Below, piece by piece: positions 1 through 8,550 of a DNA stretch of 64,000 nt. The translations under genes were made by a program, and so were the position numbers. The notes beneath the pieces are model-generated. The model did not search any database. It was not told the DNA's origin and was given only the letters and a program-made list of their open reading frames with translations. Each line of letters starts with the position of its first letter. Within the stretch, counting starts at the first letter, position 1. Source of the stretch: an uncultured Actinomycetes bacterium (lineage in GTDB: Bacteria > Actinomycetota > Actinomycetes > Streptosporangiales > Streptosporangiaceae); NCBI GenBank assembly GCA_963720945.1, contig CAVRHH010000024.1, positions 1 to 64,000 of the forward strand, in the 5' to 3' direction.

Positions 1-60
1 AGGGCGGACACGGAGCGGTACGTCTCTTTAGGCTCGCCGTATCGCTGGGTTGCGGCCCGT

Positions 61-108
61 TCAGGTAGGCAGCAGTGCCGCTGCTCAGGTAGGCAGCAGT
101 GCCGCTGC
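61..108. repeat. Perfect 24-bp tandem duplication (tcaggtaggcagcagtgccgctgc x2). Each unit contains a gcagc/gctgc hairpin. Unit 2 carries the TetR stop codon.
   Basis: Units 61-84 and 85-108 are identical by direct reading. Confidence 0.8.
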
Positions 109-765
109 GAGGGTGTCGGACAGCCATCGGTTGAAGTCGGCGGTGCTCCAGCTGTGCTGAGCGACCAGCAGCCGGTAGAGGTGGCCGTCCGTGAGCGCCC
201 AGCAGAGTTCCGCGGCACGTTGCTCGGTTATGCCGGCGGCCAGTCCGTCCAGGGACGCGAGATACCGGATGAACACGGTAGCGCCCAGCATCCGGTTGCG
301 GCTCGCCTCGGCGAGCAGTTGTGCGGCCGCCGGGTCGATATCGGCTGCGGCGATGAGAACTTCGCCGAGCGGCGTGGTGCGGGCGGCGACGTCGGTCACG
401 GTCTGCACCCAGAGCGTGAGCGCCTTCCGCGGGTCGGACTCGGCCAGGATCGCCTTGATCGCCGGGCGGTCGGCCAGGGCTATCGGCTCGTCGTCGCCGA
501 CGATGGCCCAATCCAAGGCCAGCTTGAGCAGGGCCACCTTGCCGCCCGCCGAGTTGAACACGGTACGCCGGCTCACGTGCGCGGCCTCCGCGATCCCGTC
601 GATCGTCGTGGCCGCATAACCCTGGGCCAAGAAGAGGTCGTGAGCCGCGGTGACGATCGCCCGCCGGGTACGGCGGGCCTGCTCGTCGCGTACCTGCGAC
701 GCGTACCGCCTCGGCGGCTGGGTCGTCGCATCGGGTGCGCTGCGCGCAGCATCCGGCGGGAGCAC
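85..765 (-). CDS. TetR/AcrR family transcriptional regulator
   Basis: 226 aa ORF. N-terminal HTH region (TIDGIAEAAHVSRRTVFNSAGGKVALL) is typical of TetR; C-terminal ligand-binding helical domain. Confidence 0.85.
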   Translation of the reverse strand: MLPPDAARSAPDATTQPPRRYASQVRDEQARRTRRAIVTAAHDLFLAQGYAATTIDGIAEAAHVSRRTVFNSAGGKVALLKLALDWAIVGDDEPIALADRPAIKAILAESDPRKALTLWVQTVTDVAARTTPLGEVLIAAADIDPAAAQLLAEASRNRMLGATVFIRYLASLDGLAAGITEQRAAELCWALTDGHLYRLLVAQHSWSTADFNRWLSDTLAAALLPT

Positions 766-921
766 GTCGAGGCGTTCATCGCGGCCGAGCTGGAGCGCAC
801 CGCGCCATCGTCGGCCGCGACGCGCTACCGGTCCCTTCAGCAGCTCTTTGGCTGGCTGGACGAGGAGGGCGAGATCAACGGGTCACTCATGACCAAGACG
901 CGCGTTCGCGCTTGGCTTTGA
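766..921 (+). pseudogene. ~50 aa remnant of a tyrosine recombinase/integrase N-terminal core-binding (SAM-like) domain
   Basis: Translation ...REHVEAFIAAELERTAPSSAATRYRSLQQLFGWLDEEGEI... resembles the XerC/XerD-type N-terminal domain. No catalytic domain follows; stop at 921. Confidence 0.35.
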
Positions 922-992
922 GGTGAGTTCTCTCTTGGTCGTTTCCCCACGTCATAGCGGGGTGCGGGGTGGCGGCTCTTCGACCCCGTCCC

Positions 993-1511
993 TTAGTGCT
1001 GCCCGGCGAGCGCCGGGGCGCTAACCTGGGCCACTGGTGACCTGATCAGCTGCCACAGGATCAGCGCGCTGCTGACCAGCAGCGCGGGGACGTACAGGGT
1101 CACGATCACCCAGTTCACACCCAGCGGGTGGATGAACACGTCATAGCGCATCGACTGGATGATCGCGTTGACGGTGTCGAGCAGCCCGACGACGACTACC
1201 AGCCAAGTCAGCGGGATGGCCCACGACGACCGCGTGTGCAGGGCGACCAGCGCTATGAGGGCCAGGAACGCGGTGATCATGTCGCCGTAGCCAATCTCCT
1301 TGGCGAACAGGAGCGGGACCCCGGCGCCGACGGCGCCCGGGGCCAGGACGCTCCCGCCGACCATCCGGAACGCGTGCACCCAGACCAGCGGCTGCAGGGC
1401 TGCCTCGCGCGGCTTGGTGGCCAGCCGCGGCACGACATACCAAAGCCCGATGAGGGCGTACGCCACCAGGCTCAGGGTGAACTGGGTGCCGAACAGCAGG
1501 ATTGGCTTCAT
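993..1511 (-). CDS. Hypothetical integral membrane protein (4-5 predicted TM helices)
   Basis: 172 aa ORF, strongly hydrophobic. 4-bp overlap with the upstream sigma-factor gene suggests co-transcription. Confidence 0.55.
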   Translation of the reverse strand: MKPILLFGTQFTLSLVAYALIGLWYVVPRLATKPREAALQPLVWVHAFRMVGGSVLAPGAVGAGVPLLFAKEIGYGDMITAFLALIALVALHTRSSWAIPLTWLVVVVGLLDTVNAIIQSMRYDVFIHPLGVNWVIVTLYVPALLVSSALILWQLIRSPVAQVSAPALAGQH

Positions 1512-2560
1512 GGCTGGTGACTCCCTGATCGTGGCTCGAGGTGGGAACTGAGTCCGAACTGCCCGAACAGCCCGGGCAGGACGAAGGCGGTGATCCCCGC
1601 GATCCGCTCATCGCGCACCGTCAGGATGTCGAGGCTGTAGGCGCGGTACCCGCCGCTGGCCGGGTCGAGCCGGTAGTGGCCGAAGGCCAGCTGACCGTTC
1701 GCCTGGGTGGCGATGAGCCTGGAGTGGCCCGGCTGCGCCATGATCGAGGCGGCCAGGAATTCCCTGATCGGGGCCTGCCCGAGGAACCAGGCGGGAAGCG
1801 GGGGCATCGACACGACGGCGTCGGCGGTCAGCATCGCGACGAGGGCGTCGACATCATCTTCGTGCCACGCGGTGACGTACCGGTCGACGAGGCTTCGGAT
1901 CGCCCTGTTGCCCAGCCGCCGGAGGGTGGCCTGCTGGCTCGGCTGGGCCAGGCGCTTGCGCAAGGTCTTATGAGCGCGCTGGAGCAGGCTGTACACCGAG
2001 GCCGACGTCATCTCGAGCATGCCGGCGATCTCCGCGGCGCTGAACGCCAGCACGTCGTGCAGGATGAGCGCGGCGCGCTGGGCGGGGGTCAGCAGCTGGA
2101 TGGCCGCGATGAAGGCCAGCTCCACGGCCTCGCGCTGGTCGTAGCGAGCCTCCGGCGTGGCCTTCGGGTCGGCGGCGAGGTCGAGCGGGCCGGGGTAGGG
2201 CTCGATCCAGGCTGTCTCGGCCGACGGTACCCCCGGCCGGTCGTGCGGGTCGGCGGCAGGGCCGTAGTCCGTGGGCAGCACCCGGGGAGAGCGGCGCTCG
2301 ATGATCTTCAGGCACGAGTTGGTCGCGATCGTGTACAGCCATCGCCGCAGCGAACCACGGCGCTCGAAGCCCGGCATCCCCCGCCAGGCCCGCATCAGGG
2401 CCTCCTGGACCGCGTCTTCGGCGTCGGCCGGTGAACCCAGCATCCGGTAGCAGTGGGCGCGCAGTTCGGCACTGTAGGCGGCCACCAGCTGACCGTAGGC
2501 CTGCTGGTCACCGCGCTGGGCGGCGGCGATGAGGTCCTCCTCGGCCGCCGGGTCGCTCGT
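1508..2560 (-). CDS. ECF-type RNA polymerase sigma-70 factor (SigJ-like, with C-terminal SnoaL-like domain)
   Basis: Region-2 motif DLIAAAQRGDQQAYGQLVAAYSAELRAHCYRMLGSPADAEDAVQEALMRAW and region-4 HTH AAEIAGMLEMTSASVYSLLQRA. Probable GTG start near 2560; the ORF extends to 2737. Confidence 0.8.
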   Translation of the reverse strand, partial: TSDPAAEEDLIAAAQRGDQQAYGQLVAAYSAELRAHCYRMLGSPADAEDAVQEALMRAWRGMPGFERRGSLRRWLYTIATNSCLKIIERRSPRVLPTDYGPAADPHDRPGVPSAETAWIEPYPGPLDLAADPKATPEARYDQREAVELAFIAAIQLLTPAQRAALILHDVLAFSAAEIAGMLEMTSASVYSLLQRAHKTLRKRLAQPSQQATLRRLGNRAIRSLVDRYVTAWHEDDVDALVAMLTADAVVSMPPLPAWFLGQAPIREFLAASIMAQPGHSRLIATQANGQLAFGHYRLDPASGGYRAYSLDILTVRDERIAGITAFVLPGLFGQFGLSSHLEPRSGSHQP

Positions 2561-2934
2561 CACCGGCGCCGCCCGGGCTTCGGCTGCCAGAAGGCGAGAT
2601 CGCCAGCCGCCGGCATGGTGACGACACTGCGCCAGCCGTGTGGTCCCTCCCGCGGCGCCAGCAGCACCGAGGCCCCGAGCCGGCAGGCCCGTTCGGTCGC
2701 CCGCCGCGCGTCGCCGACCTCGACATAGGGCAGCCATGAGGGCGGGTGCTGGCCGCAGCCGACGATCCCGCCGCCCAGCCGGTCGCTGACGTCCAGGGCC
2801 AGGTAGTCACGGCCCGCCACGCCCACCGGCCAGGATCGCCAGCCGAGGAGGTGCCACAGGAAGGCACGGGCCTCAGCCAGGTCGTGCGTGTGGAGTTCCA
2901 TGTGCACGACCCCGTTCTGCCGGTGGTGTCCCAT
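2560..2934 (-). CDS. VOC/glyoxalase-family small protein
   Basis: Internal ATG at 2932-2934 (MGHHRQNGVVHMELHTHDLAEARAFLWHLLGW...) gives ~124 aa with a VOC-like fold signature. The upstream part of the 233-aa ORF has off-frame-like composition. Confidence 0.5.
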   Translation of the reverse strand: MGHHRQNGVVHMELHTHDLAEARAFLWHLLGWRSWPVGVAGRDYLALDVSDRLGGGIVGCGQHPPSWLPYVEVGDARRATERACRLGASVLLAPREGPHGWRSVVTMPAAGDLAFWQPKPGRRR

Positions 2935-3079
2935 CGCCCCGCTCACCTGCCAGCCTGGCGCTCGCCTCCGAGAAAACCTGCCTGCAACACATGATCCCGA
3001 CACGCGCGCGAATTCGTCGCGTCGCACGCGACAATTTGTTTCCTTGACGGTTACGTAACTAGCTGGATACGCTTCCCGC

Positions 3080-3391
3080 GTGGACGCGGTGCTGAAGGCG
3101 ATCGCCGAGCCACGCCGGCAGGAGATCTTGCGGCTGATCTGGGCCGAGGAGCTTACTGCCGGCGAGGTGGCGGCGCACTTCGACGTCAGCCGCCCGAACA
3201 TCTCCAAGCACCTCCGGGTGCTGCGGGAGTCCGGGCTCGCTGAGGAGCGCCGGGTAGGCACGCGTCGCCTGTACCGGGCCAGGCCGGAGCGGCTGGCCGA
3301 GGCCCGGGCCTTCCTGGAGAGCTTCTGGGATCAGAACCTGGCCGCCATCAAGCATTCGGCTGAGGCCGATGCGAAGAAAGGGAAGTCCTGA
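3080..3391 (+). CDS. ArsR/SmtB family transcriptional regulator
   Basis: 103 aa with HTH ELTAGEVAAHFDVSRPNISKHLRVLRESGL. GTG start. Confidence 0.85.
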   Translation: MDAVLKAIAEPRRQEILRLIWAEELTAGEVAAHFDVSRPNISKHLRVLRESGLAEERRVGTRRLYRARPERLAEARAFLESFWDQNLAAIKHSAEADAKKGKS

Positions 3392-3861
3392 TGCCCGCAG
3401 GAAGCGAGGAGATCGTCCGCGAGCTTCACATCGAGGCGACTCCGGCGCAGGTGTTCCCGTATTTCGTGGACCCCGGCAAGCTGCTGACCTGGAAGGCGGT
3501 CAGCGCCGAGGCCCAGGCCAGGCCGGGCGGCCGGTTCCGCCTGGACGTGACGGGGCGCGGTGACGTCGCGGTCGGCTCCTACCTCGAGGTCAGCCCGCCG
3601 CACCGGGTGGTCTTCACCTGGAGCTGGGAGGGCGACGAGGAGAGCCTCGCCGAACCGGGCGAGGTCGAGGTGACCCTCGCCCCGGACGGCCAGGGAACGC
3701 GGCTGCGGTTGGTCCACCGCGGCCTCAAGCCCGACAAGAGCGCCGGGAGCGCGGCCGGCTGGACGCACTACCTGGCCCGCCTCGCCGTCGCCGCCCGGGG
3801 CGAGGACCCAGGCCCTGATCCGTGGGCCGCACCGCAACCGCAGCCGAGCCGACACCCGTAA
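3391..3861 (+). CDS. SRPBCC-superfamily protein (AHSA1/Aha1-like, activator of Hsp90 ATPase homologue domain)
   Basis: 156 aa. ATGA overlap with ArsR stop. ArsR-AHSA1 pairs are a common operon. Confidence 0.75.
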   Translation: MPAGSEEIVRELHIEATPAQVFPYFVDPGKLLTWKAVSAEAQARPGGRFRLDVTGRGDVAVGSYLEVSPPHRVVFTWSWEGDEESLAEPGEVEVTLAPDGQGTRLRLVHRGLKPDKSAGSAAGWTHYLARLAVAARGEDPGPDPWAAPQPQPSRHP

Positions 3862-3869
3862 GGACGGCC

Positions 3870-4295
3870 ATGATGGATCCCAAGCGCAACGCCGCCAACC
3901 TCCAGCGCCTCTACAACGAGGTCATGAACAGGCATGACGTGCAGGCCGCCGACGCGCTGATAACCGCCGACCGGCCAGATCACGACCCCACCTTCCCGCC
4001 GGAGTTCACCACCGGCCTGGCGGGCTTCAAGAAGCTGATGACGATGATGATCGGCGCCTTTCCCGACATGCACTTCAGCACCGGCCTCATGGTCGCCGAC
4101 GGTGACATGGTCGCAGCGTTCAACCAGGTCTCGGGGACCCAGCGGGGCGAGTTCCTCGGCCTGCCGCCCTCCGGGAAGTCCTTCACGGTCAACAACGCCG
4201 ACTTCTGCCGGTTCACCGAGGACAGCATGATCTGCGAGCACTGGGGCCTGATCGACGTGGCGGCCATCATGCGGCAGCTCGGCGCGGGCTCATGA
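3870..4295 (+). CDS. SnoaL-like/ester-cyclase family protein
   Basis: MMDPKRNAANLQRLYNEVMNRHDV...MICEHWGLIDVAAIMRQLG is typical of predicted ester cyclases. ATG at 3870 in frame with the ORF. Confidence 0.7.
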   Translation: MMDPKRNAANLQRLYNEVMNRHDVQAADALITADRPDHDPTFPPEFTTGLAGFKKLMTMMIGAFPDMHFSTGLMVADGDMVAAFNQVSGTQRGEFLGLPPSGKSFTVNNADFCRFTEDSMICEHWGLIDVAAIMRQLGAGS

Positions 4296-5170
4296 TCCTC
4301 GTCACGGGGGCGTCCGGCCTGGTGGGCGGCGAGGTCGTCCGGCAGCTAGCCGGCCAGCAGGTTCCGGTCCGCGCGCTGGTACGCGACCCGGCCCGCGCAC
4401 CGGACCTGGCCGCGCTGCCGGGCGTCGAGATCGTCACCGGCGACCTGGGCCGCCCGGAAAGCCTCGGGCAGGCCCTCGAGGATGTCGGGCAGGCCGTGCT
4501 CATCTCCTCGTCCGACGCGACGATGGCCGAGGTGCAAAACAGCTTTATCGACACGGCGGCCAGGGCCGGCGTCGGCCACGTCGTCAAGCTGTCGGGCATC
4601 ATCCCCGGCCTCGACTCGCCGTTCCGCTTTGCCCGCATGCACGCCGAGATCGAAGAGCACCTGGCCGTGTCCGGCCTGACCTACACGATGCTGCGGGCCG
4701 GGGAGTTCATGCAGGCCTACTTCCGTCAGGTCCCCAACATCGTGGGCCGGCACGAGCTGCGGCTGCCGATGGCCGACCAGCGGATCGCCTCGATCGACAT
4801 CGTCAACATCGTCGACATCGCGGCCGTGGCCGTGCGGGTCCTGACCGGCACGGGTCACGAGAACCAGACGTACCCGATCACCGGCCCCCAGGCGCTGACC
4901 ATGGCCGAGGTCGCGGCGATCTTCTCCGAGGCGATCGGCACCACCATCCGCTACGTGGACGTGCCGCCCGAGGCGGCGCGGCAGGCTCAGCTGGACGCGG
5001 GGATGCCGCTCTACCTCGCGGACGGCCTGGCCGAGCTGTTCGCCGAACGGAGGGCCGGGAAGGAGTCCGTCGTGTCGGCCGTCACCCCTGCCCTGCTGGG
5101 CAGGCCCGCGACGAGCTTCGCCGAGTTCGCCGCCGGGAACGCCAGAGTGTTCCTTAGCCGGGAGGCCTGA
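4292..5170 (+). CDS. NmrA-family NAD(P)-binding protein (atypical SDR)
   Basis: N-terminal Rossmann motif MILVTGASGLVGGEVVRQL. ATGA overlap with the preceding gene. Confidence 0.8.
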   Translation: MILVTGASGLVGGEVVRQLAGQQVPVRALVRDPARAPDLAALPGVEIVTGDLGRPESLGQALEDVGQAVLISSSDATMAEVQNSFIDTAARAGVGHVVKLSGIIPGLDSPFRFARMHAEIEEHLAVSGLTYTMLRAGEFMQAYFRQVPNIVGRHELRLPMADQRIASIDIVNIVDIAAVAVRVLTGTGHENQTYPITGPQALTMAEVAAIFSEAIGTTIRYVDVPPEAARQAQLDAGMPLYLADGLAELFAERRAGKESVVSAVTPALLGRPATSFAEFAAGNARVFLSREA

Positions 5171-5223
5171 CCGGAGGGAGCGGCCCGCGGACGACCAGCC
5201 TGGTTCCGCGGACTACGGCGCGG

Positions 5224-5658
5224 GTGCGGGCGGACACCACGGTGATCCCGGCGAACGTGGCCTACCCCACCGACTCGGGTCTTTCGGCGAAGGCGGTAGG
5301 CAAGCTGGTGCGGGCGGTCCGCCGGGTGCAGGCCGCCGACGGGGCCACCGGCACCACGTTCGTGGATAGGCGGCGGGCGGCGGCGCGGCGGGTCCGCCAG
5401 ATCGCCGGCAAGCTGCGCACCCGGGGCAAGCTGTCCCGGGAGGAAAGCACCCGGGTGATCCACCGGGTCACTGGTGAACTCGCCGATCTCGCGGCCAAGA
5501 CCGCCGCGGAAGCCGCCGCGGTGGTCCGCAACGGCCGCCACGCCCTGCCGAAGGCTCTCAGTGGGCGGATGCGCGGCCGGCTACGGCGGGCGCTGGCCGA
5601 GCTGGCGGTCACGATCGGGCGGACCGCCACGATCGTGGCCCAGACCCGGAGCAGGTAG
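5224..5658 (+). mobile_element. Truncated IS5/IS1182-family DDE transposase fragment (pseudogene)
   Basis: TTVIPANVAYPTDSGLSAKAV motif is characteristic of this transposase family. Only ~144 aa; no inverted repeats identified. Confidence 0.5.
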
Positions 5659-5905
5659 GCCGGCTCAGCGCCGGAAGCAGCGTCCCCGCAGGTCACCTGA
5701 CCCGCACCGGGGGGTGCCATGGCGGAAGCCCGAATTTGGACCTTCGCCTGTAATGCGCGGAAAGCCTCATCTTCTGGCGGATTCTGCGGCACCATACGTC
5801 TGAAGAAGTCCAAGAGCGCAATCGTCTGCGCGCGGGGGGACTGGGCGGGGGCCGGGTCATACGCGCAGCGTGGTCTGAGAGCGCGTAACAGTCTGAGAGG
5901 CTGCA

Positions 5906-6169
5906 ATGGCCCAGACCGCTCTCCCGCGCAAGAGCCCGGTCACCTGGGGCGTGATCGCGGTCCTGCTGATCATCGCGATCGCCGGCACGCTGTGGGTACC
6001 CCTCTACGCACGCTCCACGCCGGCCCTGGGCGGCTTCCCGTTCTTCTACTGGTTCCAGCTCATCTGGGTGCCCGTGACCGGCGCGCTGTGCTGGATCTGC
6101 TACCTGCTGGCGAAGAACAGGCCGCCCCGGGACGCCGGGCCACGGGATGGCAGAGGTACGCGCAGATGA
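5906..6169 (+). CDS. DUF3311-family small membrane protein (partner of sodium:solute symporters)
   Basis: 87 aa, two TM helices, immediately upstream of and overlapping the SSS transporter start. Confidence 0.7.
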   Translation: MAQTALPRKSPVTWGVIAVLLIIAIAGTLWVPLYARSTPALGGFPFFYWFQLIWVPVTGALCWICYLLAKNRPPRDAGPRDGRGTRR

Positions 6170-8178
6170 ACCACCTCAACGCGGTTACGCTGGCCATCCT
6201 CGCCGCCGCGTTCGTGCTCGTCACCTACATCGGCTTCGCCTCCGCCAGATGGCGCCCAGCCGAGGACCTGATGCAGCTGAACGAGTGGGGTCTCGGCGGC
6301 CGCGGATTCGGGACATTCGTCAGCTGGTTCCTGCTCGGCGGTGACATCTACACCGCTTACACCTTCATCGCCGTGCCCGCGCTGGTCTATGCCACCGGGG
6401 CTGCGGGGTTCTACGCACTGTCGTACACGATCATGGTCTTCCCGATCGTGTTCATCTTCGCGCCGCGGCTCTGGTCGGTCGCCCGCGCGCGTGGCTACGT
6501 CACCCCCGGCGAGTTCGTCCGGGGCAGGTACGGCTCGCAGGGCCTGGGGCTCGCAGTGGCGGTGACCGGAATCCTGGCCACCATGCCGTACATCGCGCTG
6601 CAGCTCGTCGGCATCGAGTCGGTGCTGACCGTGCTGGGGATCGGCAGCACCTCGGGCAACGCCTTCGTCAGGGACCTGCCGCTGATCATCGCCTTCGCCG
6701 TCGTCGCCGCCTACACCTACCTGGCCGGGCTGCGCGCGCCCGCCCTGATCGCGTTCGTCAAGGACATCCTCATCTACGTGACGGTCATCGTCGCGATCCT
6801 TTACATCCCCGGCAAGCTGGGCGGCTGGGCGCACATCTTCGGCACCGCGTCGGCGCACCTGAAAACGGTCAACCCGGCGACCGGCAAGCCGTACGGCAGC
6901 CTCATCGTGCTGCCGGCCGGTGAATGGGCCTATGCCACCCTCGCGCTCGGCTCCGCGCTGGCCTTGTTCGTGTACCCGCACGTGACCACCGGCGTGTTCG
7001 CCGCCAAACGGCGCGACGTGATCCGGCGTAACGCCGCTCTCCTGCCGATCTACTCGCTCGTCCTGGGCCTGATCGCGCTGCTCGGTTACATGGCGCGGTC
7101 GGTGCCGGCCGTCAACGCGGACGTCAAGGCGGCGGGCGGCAATTCCCAGCTGTCCGTGCCGCTGCTGTTCGCGCACATGTTCCCCAGCTGGTTCGCCGGA
7201 GTTGCCGACGCGGCCATCGTCATCGGCGCGCTCGTCCCCGCGGCCATCATGTCGATCGCGGCGGCGAACCTGTTCACCCGCACCATCTACAAGGAACTCC
7301 TCAAGCCGGACGCCACCCCCGCCCAGGAGACGCGGGTGGCGCGGCTGGCTTCGCTCCTCATGAAGGTCGGCGCGCTGGGCTTCGCCCTCGAGCTGAACAG
7401 GACGTTCTCGATCAACTTGCAGCTGCTGGGCGGGATCTGGGTGCTGCAGACCTTCCCGGCCATCGTGATCAGCCTGTACACCCGGTGGTTCCACCGCGCT
7501 GCGCTGATCATCGGCTGGGCCGTGGCGATGGTGTACGGCACGGTCCAGGCGTACCGGACGCCCGGCGGCGGGCAGGCGCACTTCGGTGCCTCCGCGGCCC
7601 CGGTGTTCGGGCACGTCACCTACATCGCGATCGCCGCCCTGATCCTGAACCTCGCCGTCTCGGCCGTGCTCACGGTCTTCTTCCGCTTTTCCGGCCTGCA
7701 GGACGGCTACGACGCGACCAAGCCCAGCGATTACGTCGCTGACCCCGTGCCGGCGCCGGCTGCGGTGGCCAGGCCGGGGGGTCCCCGCCATGCCGCCGGC
7801 CGTACCGCGGGTGCCGCACCCGGGCGGGATCGGGCCGCGCCCGAGCCCGCCGACGTATCCGAGCCGGCGTTCACGCCCATGCCCGTGGCTGAGCCCGAAC
7901 CCGAGCCCGTCCCCGCGTCCGAGCCTGAGCTTCTCCACGCATCCGAGCCTGAGCCTGTCCACGCGGGAGGACCCGAGCCCGTTCCTGCGGCTGGGCCCGG
8001 CTCCTCCCCCGCGTCCTGGGCCGGCTCGTCGCCGTGGGCTGACGGCGCGATCACCCAGCCACTGGCCGCCCAGCCGCCGGCCCCGCCGGCCAGCCCGCTG
8101 CCGCCGGAACCCAGACCGTCCCGGAGGTTCGCTTTCATGACCCGTGAGCGCGCCGCTTCGAGAAGAACGGGCCGGTAA
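6166..8178 (+). CDS. Sodium:solute symporter (SSS) family transporter with ~140-aa Pro/Ala/Glu-rich C-terminal tail
   Basis: ATG at 6166 (MNHLNAVTLAILAAAF...). 13 predicted TM helices with SSS-family hallmarks. The upstream 150 aa of the six-frame ORF are not coding. Confidence 0.85.
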   Translation: MNHLNAVTLAILAAAFVLVTYIGFASARWRPAEDLMQLNEWGLGGRGFGTFVSWFLLGGDIYTAYTFIAVPALVYATGAAGFYALSYTIMVFPIVFIFAPRLWSVARARGYVTPGEFVRGRYGSQGLGLAVAVTGILATMPYIALQLVGIESVLTVLGIGSTSGNAFVRDLPLIIAFAVVAAYTYLAGLRAPALIAFVKDILIYVTVIVAILYIPGKLGGWAHIFGTASAHLKTVNPATGKPYGSLIVLPAGEWAYATLALGSALALFVYPHVTTGVFAAKRRDVIRRNAALLPIYSLVLGLIALLGYMARSVPAVNADVKAAGGNSQLSVPLLFAHMFPSWFAGVADAAIVIGALVPAAIMSIAAANLFTRTIYKELLKPDATPAQETRVARLASLLMKVGALGFALELNRTFSINLQLLGGIWVLQTFPAIVISLYTRWFHRAALIIGWAVAMVYGTVQAYRTPGGGQAHFGASAAPVFGHVTYIAIAALILNLAVSAVLTVFFRFSGLQDGYDATKPSDYVADPVPAPAAVARPGGPRHAAGRTAGAAPGRDRAAPEPADVSEPAFTPMPVAEPEPEPVPASEPELLHASEPEPVHAGGPEPVPAAGPGSSPASWAGSSPWADGAITQPLAAQPPAPPASPLPPEPRPSRRFAFMTRERAASRRTGR

Positions 8179-8550
8179 GAGGACCACGAGCCGCCGCCGT
8201 TCCTGACTGATCCGCCGGACCGCCCGGGCGGGCGACGGTGCGGGCAGTTTTCCGCCGCGGGGTGGTTTCCCGGGCCAGGCGGGGCATACAGGGAACCGAA
8301 CGGGGAACCGGAATCGTCGTAGTAAGAGGCACCGCCCTGGCCGCGCCCCGCCCGGCGGCCGGGGATATGACCCTGGGCGACGAGGTGGAAGCAAGTCCGA
8401 AACTACTGGGTCTCGAGGGTGGCGGTGAACGCCGGTATTGGTGTCGAATAGATCTGTCCGTGACCAAAGGTGACCCGTGCACTCAAGGTGACATAACATC
8501 CCGAACGGCACGTTCCCAGCCGTCACAGCACACACAGGCAGGGTGTCCTC

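Noticed and set aside
5719-6165. N-terminal 150 aa of the 819-aa six-frame ORF preceding the SSS transporter
   Set aside because: Arg/Gly/Pro-rich off-frame-like composition that overlaps the DUF3311 gene in another frame. The transporter clearly starts at ATG 6166.
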